DNA of 64,000 bases from the NCBI GenBank assembly GCA_951406725.2, contig OX597815.1, positions 151,838,001 to 151,902,000 on the forward strand. The letters run 5' to 3'. Within the stretch, counting starts at the first letter, position 1. Each line of letters opens with the position of its first letter. Of this stretch, positions 36,850 to 48,954 are shown one piece after another. This DNA is from Octopus vulgaris (lineage: Eukaryota). A model generated the notes under the pieces. The model saw nothing but the letters and a program-made list of their open reading frames with translations, was not told the origin of the DNA and did not search any database. Made by a program: the position numbers and the translations under genes.

Positions 36850-39800
36850 CAGTGACGTATTGAGAAGTTAGCTGCCTATTTTGTTGAGTGAGTTCGTTTT
36901 TTGTTCGTCGTTGTTTGTGTTTGCTCGTGAATTGAACAGTTGTCCGTTGTGTGACAGTAATTTTCGCCCTACGGGGCTGAAAATTCTGTGTATAAGCATT
37001 GTTATTACCTTCGGGGTAATTTTTTTTTTTTTATTGAAAAATTGGTTCTCATAATTTGAGAAATGGAGTTCGACTTGGCGTCGAGGAGCGACTTTCCCGT
37101 GATGGGAAAAGGCGAACAGAAGGATATCGAGGTTAGAAAACAGTCTTTTTCGGCCGCAGTGGGCGGAACCGTAACGGAAGTGGAATTCAAAATAGAACAG
37201 TTGTTCGAATACTTGGTCAAAAAGGAAGGCAACGAAATAAAACTGTTACCCCCGCAAGCAATATTACAGGAAATAAAGGCCAAGACAGTCGTGTACAAGG
37301 TTTACAGTAACAAAGAGAAAAAAATAATGGACGTGAAGAACGAAATAGTAGAGAAGTGCTTGTCCCCGGTGTGGAGCAAAATTCGCTACGTCGGTCGAGG
37401 TGCCCGCAGCGCTACCGTTGAAGCACATTTCGACTCGGCTGATGTGGCAAGAGAGATTTCATCGATGACCTTAAAAAGTGAGGACATCATGTTACTACCT
37501 ACCTATATGGGCAAAAGAACTGCAAAACTATATGTGGAAGATTTTCCAAGAGGACATGATATAATGTGGGTAGCAGCGGCGGTTCTGCACGACGTAGAGC
37601 AGAAAGTCTCAGTTCTGATGATGAAAAGGAAAGAGGAGGTAAACTGGAAGGGACAAGCGCTCGAACTCCTCGTTCAAGCAGAAAATAATGTGCTAGAAAA
37701 CTTACCCGATAGGGTATTTATTGAGGAGGGAATTACAATGAGAGTGTCAGTGGAGGGGCGCAGACCTAGGTGTTTCAAATGTGGTGAAAAGGGTCACGTC
37801 CGCTCGAACTGCATAAAAAAAAAGAAAAACAGCAAAGCCCCTCCTCAAAGTGTTTCAAACACAGAAAAAGAAAAGGCGGAAAAAGACCCCAAGACTGCGA
37901 CAAGGAAGGGAATCGAAACGGAAGATAAAAATGAACAAATGGAATTTACACAGGTGACACACAAAAGAAAAAAAGAAAATACCCTGGACTCCCCTCCCCA
38001 AACAAAGAAAAAATCAGCAAACACCACAGAGATACATACAAAACAAATTCCCCAGCCCTACCCCCACGGCACTGTATTCATTGGAACACAGTTCGCCAAG
38101 CCCCTCCCCATAAAACAAGATTGGAAAAAATTGATTAAAAAAAATGAAAAGATTGTAGCATTCGACGAGAGGAACGATAGAGTGTTTAAATGTTTAAAAT
38201 TTTCAAAACTGAAATTATTCAGTAAGTCTGCAGACACTAAGTCGACCACTCGTTTTGCAAAAATAAAGGAAGACGAGTGGAAGGAAAAAACACTCCAAGA
38301 ACATTTAAAAAATAACCTTATCAGAGACGTAACTAACGAAATACCGGAGGGCAAACTTACTATAACCCCGGCAACCACACCTACCCAGAGCCCGATGGCA
38401 ACGCCGGTTAAGAGCCCTGCAGCTACGACCACAAGGGAGGAAGAAGGGGAAGCATGCAGATTTAAACTGTCATGCTCCCTATCCCAACCGTAAGTTTTTT
38501 TTTTTTCTCTCTCTCTCCGACAATGGTAAAGCTGGGTTGTGTGAATGTGCGTGGAATGGGGTCGAAATGGAAACAAATTTGTCTCCTGAACGACCTCACG
38601 ACACACAGAGTGGACGTAGCTATTGTAACCGAGTCCAAGATGAACGGGGCCCAAGCGTTCTCGCCTCTTCTTAATGGTTTCGAGAAATTTATTTCTCCTA
38701 GCCGAGGAGGAGGAAGGGGCGTGGCAGTCCTTATCAGGAAGAGCTTGGACTTGCAGGTAAGTACTGTCTTTCTGGCCCCAGAAGGCAGGCTGGTCGTTCT
38801 GGATGTGACCCACGTAAGTAAACAGTCCTTCAGGTTGGTAGCTGTCTACGCTCCGAATGAGTGTAGGCAGTCGGGTTTTTTTCGGAATCTGGGGCACTTT
38901 TTAGTGACGTCGAAAACGGTAGTCTTAGTAGGGGACTTTAACACTGTCCTCGAAGCGCGGGTCGATAGTGTTGGCTCAACCAATAGGAAGGGGAACCCTA
39001 GCCTCAAGGGTCTACTAGAGAGCTTTAATCTAGTAGACCGTTATCGACTGGATGAGCCGAGCGTTCCACAGTGGACGTGGAGTAAGAACGACGGCTCACG
39101 CAGATCGTATATAGATAGGATATTCGTTAGGAAAAGAGATAAGGATTCGTTTAGTTGTCCACAGTTTCACATTGTGCCTTACACGGATCACAAATTTGTG
39201 ACTTGTAGGGTGCAATTAGATAAGTGTCATAGACAAGGACCCGGGTACTGGAAGCTGAACAAGTCTATTTTGAATTGTGAAGACTTCCGTACCCGGATTA
39301 AGGTGTTAGTACAGAGGGCATTATGTGGCACCATCATTAACAATAGATGGTGGAACTCCCTCAAAAAAGCCATTCGTTCAGAGTCCATTAGATTTAGCAA
39401 TCAGCTAAGGTTAGATAGGCCTAGGATAGAGGACGATTTAGTTAAGAATCTAAACGAGGCAATGGAATCTGGCTCTGCATCCGGAGTGATGGCGGCAAGG
39501 ACGGTATTGTACCGTCACCTTAACTCCAAACACGAAGGTTGCAGAGTTAGAGCTAAGCTACGCGCAGGGAAACGAGAAGGTATTAACGTTGCCGGATGGG
39601 CCCGTCGAGTGGAGAGTCAGAGAGGCAACAAAGCTTCAATCAAGTCCTTAACTGACGAACAGGGACACAAGATCTATGGACAGGAGGAGATGCAAAAGTT
39701 TCTTCACCAGCATTTCGCCCGCGCGTTCGGGGGTGGTGGTTCGCTGGAGTGGGGGAAGGCCTTAAAGGACTTCCTAGCCGGCGGACCGCGGCTCTCGGGG

Positions 39801-41338
39801 CGTGAGGTGGAGTGCTGTGAAGGAGCAATCACTCCTGCGGAGATAGAGGGGGTACTGGCCGGGTGCGCCGGGGAGAAGTCGCCGGGGTTGGATGGTCTGC
39901 CCTACGAGTTTTATCAAAGTATGCCGGACTTGTTCGGGGGAATACTGGCAGGCGTCTACGCGAACTGGCAGCAGAACGGGAGAATTCCCAGTTCTGTAAG
40001 CCGGGGAGTGGTGACGCTAATCCAGAAAGACCCGAGCAAGGGAGATAACATTAGTAACTACAGGCTCATAACTCTACTTAATGTAGAGTTAAAGATTTTG
40101 GCCAAGGTGTTGGCAAAAAGGTTGACGACTGTCGTGGAGAAACTTGTAGGGAAAGCACAGACATGTGCAATTCCAGGCAGGTCGATCCAGGACAATCTTC
40201 ACCTTATACGCTACACCTTAGATAGGGTGGGTAAATTAACCGGCAAGGGCGGGGTAATGGTCCATTTAGACCAAAGTAAAGCGTTCGATAGGGTAGACCA
40301 TAAGTACCTGGCGACGGTCCTCGAAGCGGCTGGACTGGGCCCTGAATTTCGCGGGTGGATCTCCGCTATGTATAGCGGCATCAAGTCCACCGTCCAGATA
40401 AACGGTTACCTAACGGAACCGTTTTCGATCGAATGTTCAGTTTGTCAAGGGTGCCCCTTGTCACCACTTTTGTACGTGTTGGCTCTCGAGCCATTGCTGC
40501 GAAAGTTGGAGAGGCTGGGAAGTAACCCAGATGAGATCAGAGGCGGGAGGACGGTTTCTGCTTATGCGGATGACGTCACCCTCATCGTGTCCAATGAGGC
40601 TCAGCTACCTTGTGTAGAAGATGCTATCAGAGGATACGAGGCGGTGGCAGGCGCAAAAGTTAACAAGGACAAGTCGATTGGCTTACGCTTCGGCACCAGT
40701 AGGAGCAAGTCGATATCGTCCAGTGCCGTGGGACACTGGACAGATGGTCCTGTTAAGTTGCTAGGAGTTTGGTTTGGGCCAGACTCTCAAACGGAGAGAA
40801 ATTGGAGTGAGGTGACGGACAAGGTGGAGGCCATAGTGCGGACCTGGTCCGGAAGGTTTCTGTCCTTGAAAGGAAGGGCGGAGGTGGTACAGATGTTTAT
40901 TGCATCTGTAATCACTTACCGCCTGACCGTTGTCCCTTTCCCCGATTCATGGCTTAGCAAGTTGGAGCGAATCCTTTTCCGCTTTTTGTGGAAGGGAGGA
41001 AAGCCACTTGTGAGGCGCTCCGTTTGCTGCCAGGAACCGTTAAAGGGTGGGTTAGGAATGCCTTGGTTGATGATGCGCAGACATGCGTTGAGGCTGAAGC
41101 ATCTCTGGCACCACCTGGAGGGTGATAGGGTGTGGAGTCCGCTGGCAGGGGAATTTTTCCCGAGACCGGCTTTCTTAGTGAATTTTAAACCCGGTTGCAT
41201 CAAAGGACAGAATCTGACTTTATGGCAAAAGGAGTGCCGACAGGCACTCATGCTGATCCACAAGGCGGGCAAGGCCGGCTGCGGAAATACCACCTCGGTA
41301 TTTTATAGCAGGCTGGTAGAGGCAAAGAACGACGACGT
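36850..41338 (+). mobile_element. L1/Tx1-clade non-LTR retrotransposon, 5' intact and 3' truncated
   Basis: About 200 bp 5' UTR, open ORF1 and ORF2, GC/CpG-richer than the host; homology stops abruptly near 41338 with no C-terminal domain, 3' UTR or tail. Confidence 0.9.
37063..38493 (+). CDS. Tx1-like ORF1 (gag-like, CCHC zinc knuckle)
   Basis: 476-aa open frame with CFKCGEKGHVRSNC (C-x2-C-x4-H-x4-C) and a basic, low-complexity C-terminus. Confidence 0.88.
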   Translation: MEFDLASRSDFPVMGKGEQKDIEVRKQSFSAAVGGTVTEVEFKIEQLFEYLVKKEGNEIKLLPPQAILQEIKAKTVVYKVYSNKEKKIMDVKNEIVEKCLSPVWSKIRYVGRGARSATVEAHFDSADVAREISSMTLKSEDIMLLPTYMGKRTAKLYVEDFPRGHDIMWVAAAVLHDVEQKVSVLMMKRKEEVNWKGQALELLVQAENNVLENLPDRVFIEEGITMRVSVEGRRPRCFKCGEKGHVRSNCIKKKKNSKAPPQSVSNTEKEKAEKDPKTATRKGIETEDKNEQMEFTQVTHKRKKENTLDSPPQTKKKSANTTEIHTKQIPQPYPHGTVFIGTQFAKPLPIKQDWKKLIKKNEKIVAFDERNDRVFKCLKFSKLKLFSKSADTKSTTRFAKIKEDEWKEKTLQEHLKNNLIRDVTNEIPEGKLTITPATTPTQSPMATPVKSPAATTTREEEGEACRFKLSCSLSQP

Positions 41339-41357
41339 AAGTTATTTGTGTATTTAA
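38523..41357 (+). CDS. Tx1-like ORF2: APE endonuclease + reverse transcriptase (C-terminally truncated)
   Basis: EN motifs NVRG, TE, GDFN, YIDRIF, TDH; RT motifs NYRLITLLN, DQSKAFDRVDH, QGCPLSPLLY, YADD; no stops over about 945 aa; the last few codons are flank sequence. Confidence 0.93.
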   Translation: MVKLGCVNVRGMGSKWKQICLLNDLTTHRVDVAIVTESKMNGAQAFSPLLNGFEKFISPSRGGGRGVAVLIRKSLDLQVSTVFLAPEGRLVVLDVTHVSKQSFRLVAVYAPNECRQSGFFRNLGHFLVTSKTVVLVGDFNTVLEARVDSVGSTNRKGNPSLKGLLESFNLVDRYRLDEPSVPQWTWSKNDGSRRSYIDRIFVRKRDKDSFSCPQFHIVPYTDHKFVTCRVQLDKCHRQGPGYWKLNKSILNCEDFRTRIKVLVQRALCGTIINNRWWNSLKKAIRSESIRFSNQLRLDRPRIEDDLVKNLNEAMESGSASGVMAARTVLYRHLNSKHEGCRVRAKLRAGKREGINVAGWARRVESQRGNKASIKSLTDEQGHKIYGQEEMQKFLHQHFARAFGGGGSLEWGKALKDFLAGGPRLSGREVECCEGAITPAEIEGVLAGCAGEKSPGLDGLPYEFYQSMPDLFGGILAGVYANWQQNGRIPSSVSRGVVTLIQKDPSKGDNISNYRLITLLNVELKILAKVLAKRLTTVVEKLVGKAQTCAIPGRSIQDNLHLIRYTLDRVGKLTGKGGVMVHLDQSKAFDRVDHKYLATVLEAAGLGPEFRGWISAMYSGIKSTVQINGYLTEPFSIECSVCQGCPLSPLLYVLALEPLLRKLERLGSNPDEIRGGRTVSAYADDVTLIVSNEAQLPCVEDAIRGYEAVAGAKVNKDKSIGLRFGTSRSKSISSSAVGHWTDGPVKLLGVWFGPDSQTERNWSEVTDKVEAIVRTWSGRFLSLKGRAEVVQMFIASVITYRLTVVPFPDSWLSKLERILFRFLWKGGKPLVRRSVCCQEPLKGGLGMPWLMMRRHALRLKHLWHHLEGDRVWSPLAGEFFPRPAFLVNFKPGCIKGQNLTLWQKECRQALMLIHKAGKAGCGNTTSVFYSRLVEAKNDDVSYLCI

Positions 41358-41499
41358 TTTCGCATCGTTCTCTATAAGGAGTATTGCTTCCAAAATTAAT
41401 TGCCAATTTTTACAGTACATTCTGTTTAAAATTATGACATTGCTATTGATCTACCACAAATTTAAACAAAGAGCTAAAGCCATGCCCTATGTCACATTA

Positions 41500-41870
41500 C
41501 ACAAAACAAAACTAGATAAGAAAACATCCAAGAAAATTCCAAAACAGAAGCAAAATGACTAGACCATGAGCTGGTAAGAAAAGGAATTTCATTGTCAATC
41601 TTGAAACTAAAGCTCCTCGATATGGAAATCTGAAATGAGAAGCTCAACCGCTAATTATAGTTGCTGATGAGCAAGGCATTGAACAAACTTGATACAAAGA
41701 TTGCTAAAACTCAGTCAGAGAACAAAAGCAGAATCTGTAGAAAAAAGATGACTGTACTAACCATCTTTCTAGTAAATGCAGTAAGCTGGCACAAAAGAAT
41801 ATAAGTTCAGGCATGACTGTATCTGTAAGAGAAACTGGTGACAGTGTCCACAAGATAATAAGTGCCTTTT
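41500..41870 (+). mobile_element. Degraded RLE LINE CCHC fragment
   Basis: Frameshifted ENKSRICRKK..TNHLSSKCSKLAQK...RHDC motif. Confidence 0.55.
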
Positions 41871-42790
41871 GTAAGATCTCGTTGATAAGGCTGAAATCTA
41901 GGACAAGGAAGGCGTTATGAAAATCGTATATAGGTGGGGCCTCATGGAGGACAAGTGATGACACTTTGGCAATATGCTGTACTTGAGAAAATTCATCAAG
42001 CCAAGTGAAATCATAGTTGTGGCCAAGCCAGTGTTACATAACTGGCACCTGTGCCGGTGGCACATAAAAACACCCATTACACTCTCAGAGTTGTTGGTGT
42101 TACGAAGGGCATCCAGCCATAGAAGCCATGCCATATCAGACTTGAACCTGGTGCAATTCTCTGGTTTACCAGTTCCAGTAAAACCATGATCATGATCATG
42201 ATCACACACACACACATGATAATGATGAGGGCTCACAGAAAACACCTTTAAGGCCTGTTTCATGCAACATTTTTACACAATCAGTAGCAGTAGTAGAAGG
42301 AATGTTACATCATTATCTAAGTATATCTAGTACCTAAAGGGCCATGATATAAATAATCCTACCATCAAGTATTTAAAGGAAGTGTCTAAAATGGACAAGG
42401 CACAAGGTGTAATCTGTAGTAACAGAAAAACTGCACATCCTGTCTGCAATTGACATATTAGACTCAAGAGAGGAGACACTTGCTCCACTCTTGCTTATAT
42501 GGGAAAAAAATTCAGTCACAATTCTTGTCAAATACAATTACCGAGGGTTTCCTGGTCAAAACATGAATATATTTTGCCATTTTTGAAGCTGAGTAAAAGA
42601 TTTTTTTTAGTTGCTTATCTAAGCAGATGCTATTTAAACAAGGGGTGCTGATAAAGAAGAAGACAAAAAGAAAAACACAAAGGAAATACATACAGACATA
42701 CATGAATATATACACATATACATACATACATACGAAAAAAGACCATGCATAGCTATGTTTCTCGTATGTTAAGAAGACGGTAACATTAAC

Positions 42791-43620
42791 ATGAAGCGAA
42801 GCTTCTTTTGGACACATAATTGTCACATTACATCCCACTTTGATGGCTATGCGTTTGCAATCCAAGAACAGGAGATTGCTGTTAAATACCTAATCAACAA
42901 AAGAGACAGTGAAACATTTGGAGTTCCAAGATGCAACTGTGAATATAGATTATGTCACATTTCTGTGGAAGACATCACACATGTGATTAGCAGCTGCCCA
43001 AAATTGTCATCAAGGGTCTACTTCCTTATGGGACATGACATTGTCTCAAAAACAATATGCAATGCCATTAGGCAAAAAGACTGTCCTAGAATAAATATAG
43101 AGAATCCCCCTGTTATTGAATACATACACAAATACCAGCACAAGAAATACTGGTATAACATTCCCCTCAAAACATCTGTCAACTGTAAATATAACAGGCC
43201 AGATATTGTTTGGGACAATATGTACCATCAAGAGGTTAGCTGTCCTGCTGATGAGAATATTTCTTTGAAAATCAAAATAAAAGATGATAATTACGGTCAA
43301 CTGCTTCAAAACCTCCAGCTTTTATATCCGGATTACAAATTTACATTTATACCAATAATAATTGGAGCACTTGGTTTTGTACCTAAATGCCTAACTGTCA
43401 TTCTGGATAAGCATAAATTTTCAGGAAAACGAATTCAACCAACAGACTCGGACATTACAAATACAATTTGTAAGCAGAACAGTAAAATTATGCAAGACTT
43501 TTCTCAGGTTTAAAATGTGACATTGCTTTTGTTATCAACATTCCAATGATGAAGCTTTGTATCTTTGTTAGAAACCAGCTCCTTCTTGAGAGGAAGAATT
43601 TAAATGATTAAATACAGAAG
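42791..43620 (+). mobile_element. RLE LINE 3' fragment (divergent lineage)
   Basis: SHFDGYAFAIQEQEI...EDITHVISSCPKL...HDIVSK...YNRPDIVW...EVSCPAD...PIIIGALG. Confidence 0.8.
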
Positions 43621-44639
43621 AGACATGCATGCATGCATGCATGCATACATACATACATACATACATACATACATACATACATACATACATACATACATAC
43701 ATAATTGATATAGAGCCTTGAATACTCAGAAGTGATGAAATAGTAACTCATCAGCCTCTAACCTTTGAGGCTGTCACCTAATTATATGACCGTTTCCTCA
43801 TTGACACTTGCAAGGATAAAAGAGAAGCTAGTTGATTGTTATAGCAAATTTCAATAGCTTATGTGTCAAATATTCCTAATATTAGTGGAAAAAGACAAGA
43901 AAAGTAATAATTAGCAATTAATGCAATTTTCTGTATCATATAATAATTAAGTTGAAAAATATATGATGCTTTGTTTTATTCTTATATGTTGATTGCACTC
44001 ATGTTTTAAGTTATTTGTCAATAGACATGGTTCCAGGTTCAGTCCCACTGCATGGTACCTTGGGCAAGTGTCTTCTAGTATAACCTCAGGCCGACCACAG
44101 CCTTGTGAGTGGATTTGGTAGACGGAAACTGAAAGAAGCCCGTCGTATATATGTATATACATATGTATGTGTGTGTATATGTTTGTGTGCCTGTGTTTGT
44201 TCCCCCAACATCGCTTGACAACCAATGCTGTTGTGTTTACATCCCCGTAACTTAGCTGTTCGGCAAAAGAGACCAATAGAATAAGTACTAGGCTTACAAA
44301 GAATAAGTCAGGGGTCAATTTGCTCGGCTAAATGCAGTGCTCCAGCATGGCCACAGTCAAATGACTGAAACAAGTAAAAGAGTAAAAGAGATATCTTTGA
44401 TTTCTAATTGAGAGGAGAGGAGAGACAAATGTGATCACTGACACCCATGTTCCTCAATAAGAAAAATATATAAACAATGTTAGTGAAGTAGGGTCGCTAT
44501 CAACAGCAACAATCATGACTTTAGCTTGATGGTAACTTATCTATTATTTTATAGTTTTTCAAAATATAAATGCATCTAGCAAAGTATTAATTTTGAAGAT
44601 CAGAGAAAAATGAGGTGAAGGAAACAGCGAAATACTTAC

Positions 44640-44703
44640 ACTTGTGCAACACTGATGTAATTGTTTGTGTTGTTAACTGCCAGAGTAATGACAGCTGGAA
44701 GAC
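44640..44703 (-). CDS. aGPCR TM4b-ECL2 exon
   Basis: tcattgtcag acceptor, GTAAGT donor, 64 nt phase 1/2: (G)LPAVITLAVNNTNNYISVAQ(V), continuing WG-LP of TM4. Confidence 0.82.
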
Positions 44704-45277
44704 CTGACAATGATATTTACAGAAACAAATATGAATCTTTAGATATTAATGAACTTTTGAAATCATAAACAAATGATACGTGAATTGATTTAGTTTAGTA
44801 TGTTTTTGCCCAGAAAATTAGCTAGTTCAAAAGGAACCGATATTTCATTTCTTACCACACACAATTCACTTCTTGCCATTTGCTCCTTTGGTTTCTAGAA
44901 ATAGCTACGACTGATATACTATTTTGATCCTATCAATTATGCTTTAGAGGGCTGCAAAAAGTGGAAAATCATGGAAGTTCTGGACATTGGTAAGAAGACA
45001 GAATGACATGGATGACAACAGAAATTCACTCTCCTCAACTATTATTTGGTGAAAGTGCATAACGAGTAACTCTTGGGTTCCCCCTGGAGACAAGATCAGA
45101 CTGAAGTTGTAGGACAGTGATCTTTTCACTCAGGATTTAACACTCCTGGTTTTGTAAACTTGGATTTTACAGTAAAACAGATCTGTAATCTAAGTTTGGG
45201 AGGTTTTAAGCAACAACACTTTAATTTCTAGTTTCAAAAGTATCTTTAAAGGTAGTAGGATCTATAATGGGGTAGAG

Positions 45278-47263
45278 CAGTGATTGCCAAACTTTTTCAG
45301 ACTGCCACCCACTTGGCACCCATACCACATTCCTAGTGTCTCTCTCCAACACTCACCACCACAAACACAGACCTCTTTAAGCTGCAAATACAAAACAACT
45401 GTATTTCACAAATAAACTTAACCCATTGTTTTGTTGCTTTTACAATACGAAAGAGTAAATTTACATCTCACTTGTAAATACTTTATTTTCATATTTTTAA
45501 TGCGATGGATATACATTGTGCAGGGATATTAGCTTCTCAACATCTGGCTGAAAGGTTCTAAAAAGTAGTTTTAGATCATCACATTCGATACTGAAGCTCT
45601 GCTCTACGAAATATGATGTTGGAACAGCAATAGACTACATCTTGGCTTTGTTCTTCAGAGCAGGGTAGCAATCAGAAATGTATTTCTGTAATCAAAATTC
45701 TTGATGTGATTTTTTAAACTTTGGCCTCAGCTCAGTGTCATTTAACTTTAAGTGAAACCACTATTCATGTTTCCTCATTGCTGATATCTTGGTAAAGTAA
45801 CTAAAAATAATATCCTGAAACCTGTCAGACATGTCTCAGTACAGCTCATCCAGGTGTGAACAATACACTTGAATGCCATCTTCTGGTGTGCACTTTTCCT
45901 TCTCCAATTCAGAGAGTCTCAGAAACTGGAGGCTTATGTTACATTTGAATGGTTGGTTTTACTTTGGTATGGTTTAACCTAATTTCCTTGCAGTTGCAAG
46001 TAAACTTCATTGAACTTTGTGAATATATCTGCCATATAAGCAATGCCATGCTTGATATTTCTTGGTTCATCACAAAGAACAGAATAAACAGTTCTATATT
46101 TAAGAGATGAGGAATTATGTATATTATTTACATTTGATGGATATTTGTGTTAACAACAAACAAGATGAGGACAAATATCCATCAAATGAAAATAACGAAC
46201 AGAATAAGAGTCTCAACAACTGTTTTAAAAAGGGAATAGAAACTTCTAGGCAGTTTCCCTTTGGCAGCCATTGAATTTCTGTGTGCAGGAGTTGAAACAG
46301 TGAGGAATTGTGAGCATGTGTGCTGATTTTATTTACTGCTGTGATAACAGTGCTCATTGATTTGTTAAGTCCACAACTTAGGTTATTTGCAACCAGGTGT
46401 TGCCTGAGGATTATAGAGTGTGCACTAGACATGCTAGGTATAACTTTTACAATAAACTGATGAAGCTGTAATGACAACCTACCATCGATGGTGTCCCTTC
46501 TATTGCTCAAACACAAAATATTGATTCCTCTTGTGTATCTGTTTCTAGTTGTCTTACAAATTATTACTCTTGAACAAAATGTTAATCTTTGACAAAGCAA
46601 ACATAAGCAAGAAATATACTTTTATTGTTTGGCAAGGGGGACTAATCTCGCCAAGCAAGCTAAGTTTGGAGGTTCTAAGTAGGTTGCACTATTTATTTTC
46701 AATGCTATAATATTCCACATTTTAAAACATTTGTAGTATGCCTTGTTAGAGAAAAAATTCCATACGTCCATTTCATTTTGATTTTCATAATTAAAATCTG
46801 GAAACCCCACCACCAAAAAATAAAAATAAAAACAAAAACAAATTACGATTCATGTATGATAGCCTTTCGAAAAATGTTTTCTGAAAGAATACGGATTATA
46901 AGTTTTCAAAATGTGGAAAAATACATCATGAAAAAATGCCATATGTTCAGTGTCATGTTTTCGTCTTTTTGGGGAATTCTCTTGTGAATTTTATGACCAA
47001 CTTTGTTAGAGAACTTTTGTTGTTTTTCAAATTTATTTTTGTTCTTTGTTCTTTAAGTTAGTATTACTAAACATCTATTTTTTAAACTTGAGTGTACCAT
47101 TGAAAAATAGACGCTGGCAAGGCCATCCATAACTCCCTTATTGCCCTATTTTTTCCAGTGCCCAGCCCACCAGATCTTTCCACTGCCTCCTGGATCTTTC
47201 CACTGTCTTCTGGATCTTTCTACTGCCCCAAGGGGATGGTAACATCCACTTTTGGAACCACTG
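45278..47263 (-). mobile_element. Degenerate hAT (Charlie/Buster-like) transposon
   Basis: Ends cagtgattgccaaac / ggaaccactg; HSIILRQHLVA, LLHTEIQWLPKGNCL, dimerisation tail YPAL...PTSYFVEQSFS...PDVEKLISLH..YPSH*; 8-bp TSD not matched, so the right end is uncertain. Confidence 0.75.
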
Positions 47264-47637
47264 AAGGGGATTCGTGATATAGAGCCCCATCCTGAGATAT
47301 TTTACTGCAGTGATTGATTTTCAATACTTTCTGCAACATTAGAACAGAATAACAAAATCGAGAAAAATACATTGAACTCTTACTATGGAACATCCACTTA
47401 GATAATGTCGAAAAACATGGTTAATAATGTTTAGTTTAGTGTCCTGAGTTCAAATCCCAAAAAGGTTAACTTTTCCTTCAAAATTTTTGGTTCAATGAAA
47501 TGAATACAATTGTCTGGATCATTCAAGAGAAATTTTTGCCATCAACTAACATTCATGTACAAATATTAAACACAAAGAAATGTGTGTACGTGTGTGTATG
47601 TGTGTTTGAGAGAGAGAGAGAGAGAGAGATATAGTAT

Positions 47638-47671
<34 letters not shown>

Positions 47672-47678
47672 TAGTGTA

Positions 47679-47711
<33 letters not shown>

Positions 47712-47757
47712 TAAAGTGTCCTGAAAATAGAAAACGGAAGATAGAAATTATACCTAC

Positions 47758-47900
47758 CCCAGACCAAAATTGAACTCACGATCATAAAATATTTTTCGTT
47801 CAGTTCCAAACATTTATAATTCTGTATAATCATGAAAAGCTTCGATACCCATCCACATGACAGTTGCTGTAAGGGAGTAGTGTAACAGAGCAGCCACAGC
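47758..47900 (-). pseudogene. aGPCR TM3-ICL2-TM4a exon with frameshift and stop
   Basis: Starts AVAALLHYSLTATVMWMGIEAF (TM3), reaches TAA at 47814-47816, ends KYFMIVSSILVWG in another frame; 143 nt where 3n+1 is required; donor GTAGGT. Confidence 0.85.
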
Positions 47901-48391
47901 CTTGAATGACAACGACAACAACAATAAAGGTTTCTAACATTGACATATGTTTGGCTTCAAATATATATTGTATTTCAGGGGTAGAGGTGGAGGTGGGGTC
48001 AACTATATTGATATCAGTAATAGTTTTATATTTTATAGTTTTGAATCCAGAAAGTTGAAAATTAAGAGAACCTTCTGAAATTTCGACACAGAACATGGGA
48101 ACACATATTTCAGTACAGCAAAGATGATATCATTCCGTTAACGTGGGAACGCAGGTTGCCATCGTTTAAATTTTTAAATTTAAATTTCTATAATTTTGAA
48201 TTTCTATGTATCACTTTTCATTTTGTACTTGACAAAAACAGGCAAGCTGTTGAAATATTGTTCAAACCAATAAAATATCTATTGTAATGTCATTGTGCTC
48301 TACGCATTGTCTACTTACCTTTGTAAGGAGTTATGTTAATCCTTTTAAAATTATAATGATAATAATAACAATAATAACAACAACAATAATC

Positions 48392-48437
<46 letters not shown>

Positions 48438-48954
48438 TAATAATAATAATAATGATATAAAATTTTGGTACAAGGCCCCAAAGAAATGAAAGCAAGATTG
48501 ATCTCAGCAGATTTGAACTCAGAATGTAAGAATGGATGAAATCTTTGAAATTTTGGTCACGTTCATGGCTTTCACATCCAAACCCAGTTATCTGAGGCCA
48601 CTGAGCAGGCGACTCTGCTTCGAGAGTGACCCCAATCCACATGCATTTATACATTCTATTGTTGGGGCTGCCATGTTGGCTAAAAGATGATGAAGAGAAA
48701 GGGAAACAGACTACTTAACTATTTCGTGGTACCAGTGACTGAATGACTTGGTCTCCATAGGGTTTTGAGCTTCCTTAGGGAAATCTGTTAAAAGCCTACA
48801 GTTGGCTCTTTCATTCGGACTTCACACAGCATCAGGGAAATCCTCTCTCAGTATTTTGTATGCCTCCAAGTCCAATTTTATTATTTTCAAATTTTGTGGC
48901 TCATTGGAAGTGCTGGTCATGATAACTTATCCCTCTATTTCAGCATTTTCCTTA

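Noticed and set aside
38058-38897. 279-aa antisense ORF (also 40916-41293)
   Set aside because: Shadow of the Tx1 ORFs with no recognisable motif.
42290-42420. Hydrophobic minus-strand frame TGCAVFLLLQIT...FKYLMVGLFI as a candidate TM6/TM7 exon
   Set aside because: Lacks the LLGLTW and NSLQG motifs and spacing; not phase-linked to 44640.
42512-42650. Phase-2 acceptor followed by an open frame TPCLNSICLDKQ
   Set aside because: Not hydrophobic and not TM5-like; no support as a GPCR exon.
43245-43280. CTGATGAG...GAAA (also CTGATGA at about 41665 and 23036, CTGAAGA at about 18757)
   Set aside because: Inside LINE coding or UTR sequence, or lacking stem I/III complementarity.
48319-48341. 23-nt micro-exon candidate with a GTAAGT donor in a GPCR intron
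   Set aside because: Flanking exons already join in frame (ACK|AVAALLHY); weak acceptor.
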